DNA of 27,541 bases from a virus (IMGVR_UViG_3300032373_000091:1-27541); one strand, 5' to 3'. Positions 1-6,478 are shown, counted from the first letter of the stretch. The notes: a model not told the origin generated them from the sequence alone. A program made the numbers and translations.

Positions 1-618
1 AGCGCGCAGTATGATGCGCATCGCTTTGGGCGAGGGGATATCCGTATCGATCCAGCCTAGGCGGTGGCCGTCAGTCGCTATCGCCCGCACCATGCCGCCT
101 TCATCACACAGGCAAACACCGTTCAAATAGTATCTGGTTTCTTCGGTTGATGCATAGTGCGCTATCCGGTTAAGCACGCCAGATACAAAGAATGGCGGCA
201 GCGCGAACCCCTCGGGCATGTCTTCGCCAAAATCCATGGGCCGGGGGTAATCAAGACCATCATGGGATGACAGGCTGATACTTGAACCCCCCGACGCCAA
301 TATAATTTCATCTGCCGCGGCGTCACCTTCGCCGTCTTGGCTTATGGTGCAGGTGCCGCGCGGATCAAGGGTTGCTATGTACAGCTGCAAGACAATCGCA
401 CTTACACATACGTCAATGTTACCAACATATTCGAGGTTGGGAATGATGCGCTTAATGTAAACATCAAGATCAGTGGCCTGAAGGTGCAGCCCGCCGTCTT
501 TGGATACAATGCGGATTTTGGTTAGAATCGGAAGGGTGCCCACCACCTCGGCAAACGGCCTGACAATTTGAACGGCGCGGCGTAAAGTATTGACAGACAT
601 TGTGCAGGTGAAGGCCAT
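1..618 (-). CDS. dnaN: DNA polymerase III beta sliding clamp homologue, phage-encoded; 3' end outside the window
   Basis: Not in the ORF track because it has no stop in the window. Manual translation from ATG 618 gives MAFTCTMSVNTLRRAVQIVRPFAEVVGTLPILTKIRI...LQATDLD...ASTEETRYYLNGV...AIATDGHRL, which are beta-clamp motifs. The ATG overlaps the gapR stop (TAATG). Confidence 0.9.
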   Translation of the reverse strand, partial: MAFTCTMSVNTLRRAVQIVRPFAEVVGTLPILTKIRIVSKDGGLHLQATDLDVYIKRIIPNLEYVGNIDVCVSAIVLQLYIATLDPRGTCTISQDGEGDAAADEIILASGGSSISLSSHDGLDYPRPMDFGEDMPEGFALPPFFVSGVLNRIAHYASTEETRYYLNGVCLCDEGGMVRAIATDGHRLGWIDTDIPSPKAMRIILRA

Positions 619-890
619 TATAAGCCTCCTGTAGGTTCGGGCAGGGTGCCGCCTTCAATGGCGAGGAGATAAACGTCCAGCAGGGCTTCTAGCTCTTGCC
701 TGTCAGCGGCATCCAATTTGCGGATTGCGATAATTTTGCGGAGGATGGCCACATCGAAGCCGACCGCTTTTGCGCCCGCATAAACTTCCTTTATATCTTC
801 GGCGATACCGCGTTTTTCTTCTTCAAGGCGTTCGATGCGTTCAATATGTGAGCGCAACTGACCACCTGCTATTCCTCCGGCCTGGACCAT
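618..890 (-). CDS. gapR: GapR / DUF2312-family nucleoid-associated DNA-binding protein
   Basis: QLRSHIERIERLEEEKRGIAEDIKEVYAGAKAVGFDVAILRKIIAIRK...LLDVY matches the GapR signature. Start moved to ATG 890, which has an AAGGA Shine-Dalgarno upstream. Confidence 0.93.
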   Translation of the reverse strand: MVQAGGIAGGQLRSHIERIERLEEEKRGIAEDIKEVYAGAKAVGFDVAILRKIIAIRKLDAADRQELEALLDVYLLAIEGGTLPEPTGGL

Positions 891-1069
891 TGTTTTATTC
901 CTTTTTAATTGTTTCACATCCACATTCCCTGATTGCTCGGGATGGCGCGGGCGCGCTCTATTCAACTTGCTTTGGTCTTACTTCCTGCGGCTATGATCAC
1001 CTCGCCGGTCACTGGGTTCATTCCTACTCGCTTCAATCCGGCTGACCGGAACCCGCAATGCTTCTGTCT

Positions 1070-1351
1070 CTAAAAATTCTTAAGATGCCGGGCCACAGCG
1101 TTGGCGGCGCGGCAGATTTGTTCTTCCGCGCTGTTCAGGACTGTACAAATGCGCCTGATTTCACTGGCGGTGGCTGTGCCTGTTTCCATCTGGCGGCGCA
1201 GAAGCTGGGTATTGATCAGCACCAGCGCCTTGATACGTTCAATATCGGCGGTGGAGGCGGCCCTCCCGTCCACAGGCTGGACATTAGCTGCAAGTGGGGA
1301 GGGTCTTGCTGCTGTCCGGCCTGCGTCTGGGGAGGTTAAAGGTGAATTCAT
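1070..1351 (-). CDS. Hypothetical protein, first gene of the leftward early operon
   Basis: 93-aa ATG ORF downstream of PL, same orientation as gapR and dnaN; helical-looking C-terminal half. Confidence 0.6.
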   Translation of the reverse strand: MNSPLTSPDAGRTAARPSPLAANVQPVDGRAASTADIERIKALVLINTQLLRRQMETGTATASEIRRICTVLNSAEEQICRAANAVARHLKNF

Positions 1352-1490
1352 TGTATCTGCGCCCTGTTTAATTCAAAAACCGCCGCCCATTTTCGCCTAT
1401 TGGCGGTGCAGGGCCTTGCGGCAGCTGACAAACCGGGGAGCATCGAGCGTTTAAGCTGATATATAGGCCCCTCGGCCGTTGCTATGGGCA

Positions 1491-1535
1491 ATATGTACGT
1501 AAGAAGCGTACATATGTCAACACAAAAAACGTACA
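1491..1535 (-). promoter_or_regulatory. OL/PL: repressor operators overlapping the leftward early promoter
   Basis: ATATGTACG-N7-CGTACATAT perfect dyad at 1491-1515 plus a degenerate second site at 1517-1535. The minus strand reads TTGACA(1520-1515)-N17-TACATA. A near-identical inverted copy lies at 6162-6203. Confidence 0.85.
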
Positions 1536-1623
1536 GTTAGCTATGAACCTTGTCAATTTAAGCCGCAGGTTGACTTTATGGGCGATTGCGAGCCTATTTG
1601 CTGGACAACGGGAGGGGGAACTT

Positions 1624-2460
1624 ATGGCTAATTTGGAGCGCTGTCCGACGTGCGCAAATGAAACATCGGCTCGGGCAACGGTTTGCCCCAAGTGCGGCGA
1701 GCCGCTTTCAGACGGTTGGGCAGAACAAGTTGCCCGCGACAGACAAAGCGAAAAAGACCAGCTTGCTTTAGAAATTAAATTACACAAAAAAGCCCATCGA
1801 AGACAGTGGCTGTGGTTTGCCGGGATTTTGGTCGTTGTGTTTTTTGGCCCTGGCATCGGCAATAGTTTGTACCGAGAATATCTGGAGGCTTTTTATCCTT
1901 CGCGGCTTGAGGAAATCACGCGTGAGCGTGAGCAAAAACGGCTGGCTGAAGTTGAGGAAATTACGCGTGAGCGTGAGCAAAAACGGTTAGCCGAAGTTCA
2001 AGTTTTAATGGATGAAGTAGCAAAAATCCCGGCCAGCGATTTTGTCGGCAATATTTCGGCATACAAAAAACTTGTTGAACTATCGCCCGGCGACGAACGA
2101 TTTACAAAAAAAGTATCCTACTATGAAACGAAGAGAGACGCGGCGGCTGTAGAATTGAAGCGCTTGAAGGCCGAGGAAGAGGGCAGGGAAGCTGCCAATA
2201 AAAAGCGCAAGGGATTTCACTGTTTGAGTGCGTGGGATGGTTCGCACCGAGGCGTTGAAAATTATATCAAAGACAGGCTGAAAGACCCGGATAGTTTTGA
2301 ACATATTGAAACCAGAATTACGCCGGTTTCGCCAGAGGGCACCCACAGCCTAAGCATGAAGTACCGTGCCAAGAATGGCTTTGGTGGCTATACAGTTGGT
2401 GTAGCGGTGGCGGTGGTGGCTAATGAAGGCTGCCACGCAACTATTTTGAGTGCTGAGTAG
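1624..2460 (+). CDS. Zinc-ribbon, single-TM membrane protein with coiled coil and C-terminal LKDPDS...YRAKNGFGG domain (accessory gene)
   Basis: CPTC...CPKC at the N-terminus, hydrophobic segment WLWFAGILVVVFFGPGIG, strong SD GGAGGGGG before ATG 1624. Confidence 0.8.
   Translation: MANLERCPTCANETSARATVCPKCGEPLSDGWAEQVARDRQSEKDQLALEIKLHKKAHRRQWLWFAGILVVVFFGPGIGNSLYREYLEAFYPSRLEEITREREQKRLAEVEEITREREQKRLAEVQVLMDEVAKIPASDFVGNISAYKKLVELSPGDERFTKKVSYYETKRDAAAVELKRLKAEEEGREAANKKRKGFHCLSAWDGSHRGVENYIKDRLKDPDSFEHIETRITPVSPEGTHSLSMKYRAKNGFGGYTVGVAVAVVANEGCHATILSAE
1909..1998 (+). repeat. 45-bp in-frame tandem duplication (EEITREREQKRLAEV x2)
   Basis: 1909-1953 and 1954-1998 differ only at synonymous positions. 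Confidence 0.95.
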
Positions 2461-2505
2461 CTATCAGATGGTGACGAAACTATCCATTGGATAACGGGGG
2501 AAAAG

Positions 2506-2967
2506 ATGAAAACCAGCAAGATATTGCCGTTGTTAGTTCTGACTTTGGCATTTTCTGTGAACGCATACGCCAGCGATACCAAAGTGGTAATCAAAAACAG
2601 CAAAGATATTTTCACGGATGCACCTATCGTTCGAATACTTGCAATAAATCTGGAAGATAGACTGTCAACCTTTACCCTGGCTATCGAATGCCAGGAAGGG
2701 AAAGTATTTACTGCTGTTAATCTTGGGGTTGTAATAAATTTAGATGACCATATAGCCGTTTTGTACCGTGTTGGCAGCAAAAAGGCCGTAGAGGAGCCGT
2801 GGCAATATAAGGGTTTGTGGGCGGGCAAAGTTGGCAAAGTCTTTGCCAGTGAAATTATGGGCGCTGATAAATTTGCTATTCGCTTCGGTGGCCACACGAC
2901 AGTATTTGATTTGTCGGATGCCACAGCGCAGAAAAAGACTTTCCTTGAAACCTGCCCACTGGGTTAG
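2506..2967 (+). CDS. Exported/periplasmic hypothetical protein
   Basis: Sec-type signal peptide MKTSKILPLLVLTLAFSVNAYA, two Cys residues, GGGGG SD upstream. Confidence 0.8.
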   Translation: MKTSKILPLLVLTLAFSVNAYASDTKVVIKNSKDIFTDAPIVRILAINLEDRLSTFTLAIECQEGKVFTAVNLGVVINLDDHIAVLYRVGSKKAVEEPWQYKGLWAGKVGKVFASEIMGADKFAIRFGGHTTVFDLSDATAQKKTFLETCPLG

Positions 2968-3338
2968 GTAATATCGGTTCGGTCGGTATCCATATCCAAT
3001 AATAGATTTATGATGGCCTCCAGATGTTTGCGCTGACCTTTTGGCACAGACTCGAGAATAATACTTAAAAAAGCAGTATGGTGATCAATGTCGGAGTTGA
3101 TCAGGATATCGCTGAGAAAAATACCAGGATCAACCCCAGCAATGTCGGCGATCGCCACGATGTACCATGCAGGGCAAATGGCTTCGCTGCGTTCAATTCT
3201 ACCAATTTTCTGCTGGTCAAAATCCAGTCGAGCGGACAGGTCTTCTCTGGAAATATCGAGAGATTTTCGTAAAGCGGAAACACGGCTTACAATCTTCCTG
3301 TTGATCTCATCGCTGTTCACAGTACTCGGCCCTCCCAT
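2964..3338 (-). CDS. XRE/Cro-CI family HTH transcriptional regulator, divergent from luxR
   Basis: RVSALRKSLDISREDLSARLDFDQQKIGRIERSE...IVAIADIAGVDPGIFL fits the HTH_XRE pattern. Confidence 0.88.
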   Translation of the reverse strand: MGGPSTVNSDEINRKIVSRVSALRKSLDISREDLSARLDFDQQKIGRIERSEAICPAWYIVAIADIAGVDPGIFLSDILINSDIDHHTAFLSIILESVPKGQRKHLEAIINLLLDMDTDRTDIT

Positions 3339-3364
3339 GTGCCAGCTTTCGCACTGTAGATGAA

Positions 3365-3409
3365 ACTATAACCTCAGGGTGTGACGATTGTCACTGCCAG
3401 CATTATAAT
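3365..3409. promoter_or_regulatory. Back-to-back promoters for xre and luxR sharing a palindrome (candidate XRE operator)
   Basis: GTGACGATTGTCAC dyad at 3381-3394. Plus strand: GTGACG-N17-TATAAT (3404-3409). Minus strand: GTGACA-N18-TATAGT (3370-3365). Confidence 0.6.
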
Positions 3410-3476
3410 TTTGGTGTAGTGATAAAGGTTGTAGTTGTGCGTAAACTGTCCATTGGTTGAACCGGCAGGGGGAATT

Positions 3477-4211
3477 ATGGGTGCTAATCTACATTCAATA
3501 GAGATGGCTTTGAACTTCACCGAGGCCTTGCTGCGTGATAAAACGCGATCAAATTTGAAACATCAATTGGGCATTCTGAATAAAGAAATTGGGATGACAG
3601 GGTTTACATGGTGGTACGGCACCCACGATGACTTTGAAGAAGTCGACACACGCCCAAAAGCGTGGATGGACTATTACAACGATAACCAATGTTTGTTTGT
3701 TGATCCTATCGTAAAAGAGGCCATCCTTACTGCTAGCCCGTTCCTTTGGAATGATGTTATGGCGCGCCCCGATTTGGGCGTTGAAGAATACGGTTTTATG
3801 GAATCCGCTGCGGCTTTTGGCATGGTTGACGGCGTTCATTTTCCAGTAGGCACTATATTGGGAAAGTGGGGATGCCTTTCATTCTTTACGGATGACCATT
3901 CGGTGGCTGCACGCGCATGGAAAGCCTATCGATTGCCGCTCACCCACATCGCCTTTGTGTGTAATCAGTTCAGTGTTGATATTGGCATGGCGTCCAACGT
4001 ACAGCGCCCCAACCTAAGTCGCGGCGAAATTGGTGCGCTGATGGCCCTTGCGTCAGGTCGTACCCGCGCAGAATCAGCGGCGGCTCTCGGGATAAAACCT
4101 TCAACAGTAGACCATTATGCAAAGGCCATCATCCGCAAAACTGAATCGCCCAATCTGCTTAGTGCCGGTATGAAGGTGCGCCTAACCCTTCCCGCCATTA
4201 ATAATAAATAG
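3477..4211 (+). CDS. luxR: LuxR-family AHL-binding transcriptional regulator
   Basis: Autoinducer-domain residues W..YY (AWMDYY), DP (FVDPIV), W (PFLWND) and G (FGMVDGVHFPV). C-terminal HTH LSRGEIGALMALASGRT...LGIKPSTVDHY. ATG 3477 has an AGGGGG SD. Confidence 0.95.
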   Translation: MGANLHSIEMALNFTEALLRDKTRSNLKHQLGILNKEIGMTGFTWWYGTHDDFEEVDTRPKAWMDYYNDNQCLFVDPIVKEAILTASPFLWNDVMARPDLGVEEYGFMESAAAFGMVDGVHFPVGTILGKWGCLSFFTDDHSVAARAWKAYRLPLTHIAFVCNQFSVDIGMASNVQRPNLSRGEIGALMALASGRTRAESAAALGIKPSTVDHYAKAIIRKTESPNLLSAGMKVRLTLPAINNK

Positions 4212-4212
4212 G

Positions 4213-4260
4213 ATACCACCGAATCCGGGAGTATGCCCCGCGAACACTGAAGGCCATAAT
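4213..4260 (+). promoter_or_regulatory. Candidate lux box and -10 element of the luxI promoter
   Basis: ATACCACCGAATCCGGGAGTAT (4213-4234) is dyad-symmetric at 16 of 22 positions. CATAAT at 4255-4260 would place the box centre near -43. Confidence 0.65.
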
Positions 4261-4294
4261 GCCGCTTCCGAAACAAAGGGAGCGGTATTATGGC
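4253..4294 (+). promoter_or_regulatory. 17-bp hairpin sequestering the luxI SD and start codon
   Basis: GCCATAATGCCGCTTCC-gaaacaaa-GGGAGCGGTATTATGGC: an uninterrupted stem with two G-U pairs. Confidence 0.75.
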
Positions 4295-4931
4295 ATTTAT
4301 TGCAACAGGCGCGCAGCTGCGGGATTACCCACACGTTAAAAAATCGATGTTCCAGATGCGTAAGAAGATATTCAAGGATCAACTTGGCTGGGACGTTGAA
4401 TGCGACGGTGATGAAGAATATGACGAATATGATCATGACGGCACTGTTTATGTATTGCAGGTTCAGAACAATGAAGTTTTAGGCGCCTGGCGCATGTTGC
4501 CAACCACCGGCAGTTATATGTTAGCTGATATTTGGCCGGACTATGCAGACGGTTATTTGCCGCGAGACAGAGGGGCATGGGAATTGTCCCGGTGGGCGGT
4601 TGATCACAGCAAAATCGGCAAGGGCCAATTTGAGCGCGTTGCAGCAGAAATGTTTTGCACGCTATCTGAATTCTGCCTTTTGAATGCGATCGACGAAGTT
4701 ATCATGCTGCAAGATCCGCAGATCACGCCATTATCTACGCAGATTTTTGGTATTCCCCATATTCGAACACAAGGTCGCTCCGCAGGGAAAAGCAACGCAC
4801 ATGTTGTATCCTTCCGCCCGGCCTTTCGTCAGCAACTGCGCCAAGCAGTGCAATTGTTTGGGTTCAAGACACCCGTGACGGATGCATTTGATCTGCGAGC
4901 CAGTGAGCAAATGCAAATAGCGGCGGAGTAG
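4290..4931 (+). CDS. luxI: LuxI-family acyl-homoserine lactone synthase
   Basis: MFQMRKKIFKDQLGWDV...EEYDEYD...GAWRMLPTTGSYML...WELSRW contains the conserved R, F, W, E, D, D, R, R set of AHL synthases. Full length at 213 aa. Confidence 0.97.
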   Translation: MAFIATGAQLRDYPHVKKSMFQMRKKIFKDQLGWDVECDGDEEYDEYDHDGTVYVLQVQNNEVLGAWRMLPTTGSYMLADIWPDYADGYLPRDRGAWELSRWAVDHSKIGKGQFERVAAEMFCTLSEFCLLNAIDEVIMLQDPQITPLSTQIFGIPHIRTQGRSAGKSNAHVVSFRPAFRQQLRQAVQLFGFKTPVTDAFDLRASEQMQIAAE

Positions 4932-4935
4932 GGCC

Positions 4936-5172
4936 ATGACAGCAAATGATAGAGCCCTTCAACGCGTTTCCCGCCTTTACCGTGATCCTGACGATCTGGT
5001 TGGCGAAGAAAAAGAGCTATATGAAGCCTTGGAAAAATGCCAGGCGGTGGCAAAGCGGCTTGGCATTGAAGAACTGAGTTTTAATCTAGAGATAGACAAG
5101 CGGTTTTTACTATCGCACGGCACCGCCCGAATCACCACGATGCAAAGCGTGGATTTTTCGCAACCAAACTAA
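4936..5172 (+). CDS. Small hypothetical protein (78 aa) coupled to luxI
   Basis: ATG lies 4 nt after the luxI stop, with a GGAG SD inside the luxI 3' end. No recognisable family. Confidence 0.7.
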   Translation: MTANDRALQRVSRLYRDPDDLVGEEKELYEALEKCQAVAKRLGIEELSFNLEIDKRFLLSHGTARITTMQSVDFSQPN

Positions 5173-5384
5173 AGCCGAAGGTTGTAAATGTTCAAAATGC
5201 GAAAGTTGACTATAGTCAGTGTTCAATAAGTGATACTTTTTGCCTTGAAAAAAGGTTTTTGCTGGACAGTGTTCAGGCAGCTTGACCCTAATTGATGAAA
5301 CAAGATTTCATTCGATTGGGGTTGATATGGAAAAGACAAAGGTGATGAGTGGTGCAGCGCGGCCTGTGGTTCGCAGTAAAAAGT

Positions 5385-6128
5385 CTAAGCAGTTTTTATG
5401 GTTGCGGGCCGCTCGAAGGAGGGCAGTATCCCCATTACCACCCCCACCACGCATATCTCGGAATCGCGGTTTCCCCACTGGGCCACAGGCGGAACTTTGA
5501 CGGGTGTTTGGTAAAGAGGATTATTTGACCGCGGCCATAACCAATGTTCGCCGCTAGCATTGATTTCTAGTTCTTTTACCGTAGCCTCAATCAACCCGGA
5601 TGAATTTTGGTGGTGGATCACCAAAAGCTCACCGCTTTCTACTTTATGTGTATCAGCGTGCAAAGGAAGCACAACGATAAAGTCCCCGTCCGCAAACCGC
5701 CGATTCATGCTGTCGCCGCGCGCACGTACCATATAGAATTTATCTGCAAGTGGGTGGCTGCCAGTCGGGGCCATTACTGTTATCTGATCAGCATCAGGAA
5801 TTTCTGCAGATTTGTGCCAAACACCAGCTTGAACCTCACCTTTAACCCGGTAGGGGCGATTTAAGGTGTCGGAAGCGGTGGTGGGCTGCTCAATATCTGA
5901 AAGTGCCAACAGTCGATCGCGTGGGATGTTGTGTGTATGATAATAGAATTCAGCCAGCTTTCGGCTTTTTTCAGCCGGGAGTGTTTCCTTCTTATATCGC
6001 TCTTCAAGGTGCTGATATCCGCTACGTGTGGAATAACCCAATACTTGCGCCAACTGGGCCACAGTGGCCCCTGTTTCGCTACGCAGAGTGATAAGTTCCT
6101 GCGATATTCTGTTTTCTGTACGAATCAT
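5385..6128 (-). CDS. cI: CI-like phage repressor (HTH plus S24 autopeptidase)
   Basis: N-terminal HTH (LRSETGATVAQLAQVLGYSTRSGYQHLE), cleavage motif GEVQAG, catalytic GDSM and ATVK. Divergent from a cro-like gene. Start at ATG 6128 with an AAGGA SD. Confidence 0.93.
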   Translation of the reverse strand: MIRTENRISQELITLRSETGATVAQLAQVLGYSTRSGYQHLEERYKKETLPAEKSRKLAEFYYHTHNIPRDRLLALSDIEQPTTASDTLNRPYRVKGEVQAGVWHKSAEIPDADQITVMAPTGSHPLADKFYMVRARGDSMNRRFADGDFIVVLPLHADTHKVESGELLVIHHQNSSGLIEATVKELEINASGEHWLWPRSNNPLYQTPVKVPPVAQWGNRDSEICVVGVVMGILPSFERPATIKTA

Positions 6129-6205
6129 GCGTACATCCTTACATATTAGAAAAAAACTGAATGTACGTTTTTTGTGTTGCAAATAGTACGCAGTAAACGT
6201 ACAAG
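6117..6205. promoter_or_regulatory. OR/PR: three operators of type TGTACG-N7-CGTACA
   Basis: TGTACG-aatcatg-CGTACA at 6117-6135, TGTACG-ttttttg-TGTTGC at 6162-6180, AGTACG-cagtaaa-CGTACA at 6185-6203. PR candidate is TTGCAA(6177-6182)-N17-TACAAG. Confidence 0.88.
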
Positions 6206-6211
6206 TGGCCC

Positions 6212-6478
6212 ATGTTTATAGATACCAAACAAGTTATCACAAGATTTGGCGGTGTCCGGCCTATGTCTCGTGAACTAGGTCACAATAACCATACAACCGT
6301 ACAAGGTTGGTGGGAGCGGGGCATGTTTCCAATCAGAAGGCTGAAGGAAATCCATGAGACAGCAAGAAAGATGAATATATCGCTTGCGGGAACAGGTTTT
6401 CCGCACCCAATCGAGACTGAACTACGAAGCCTCTTACCACCGGTCATTAGCGGCGCGGAGGATTCCGAGCCGGGTTAA
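6212..6478 (+). CDS. cro: Cro-like repressor
   Basis: VITRFGGVRPMSRELGHNNHTTVQGWWERGMFP is a Cro-type HTH; position is divergent from cI. Confidence 0.88.
   Translation: MFIDTKQVITRFGGVRPMSRELGHNNHTTVQGWWERGMFPIRRLKEIHETARKMNISLAGTGFPHPIETELRSLLPPVISGAEDSEPG

Noticed and set aside
1-618. Chromosomal dnaN marking the prophage boundary
   Set aside because: The sequence is divergent, coupled to the phage early operon, and has no dnaA upstream.
1355-1490. Structured PL leader (possible nut site or tL terminator ending GGCGGCGGTTTTT on the minus strand)
   Set aside because: Several short alternative stems exist, but I could not support a single convincing structure or a boxA by eye.
3477-4931. 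luxRI as host-chromosomal genes or as the traR/traI pair of a plasmid or ICE
   Set aside because: The pair is enclosed by matching phage OL and OR operators with phage genes on both sides. No conjugation genes, transposase or IS ends are visible.
5180-5280. SOS box from repeated TGTTCA words
   Set aside because: The GTTC copies are not spaced by 7 nt.
5282-5500. 72-aa ORF as an annotated CDS
   Set aside because: About half is antisense to cI and the sequence is low-complexity and Arg/Pro-rich. Kept only as a hypothesis under findings.
5385-6128. Host lexA
   Set aside because: XRE-type N-domain, a divergent cro and phage context. Its operators are not the alphaproteobacterial GTTC-N7-GTTC SOS box.
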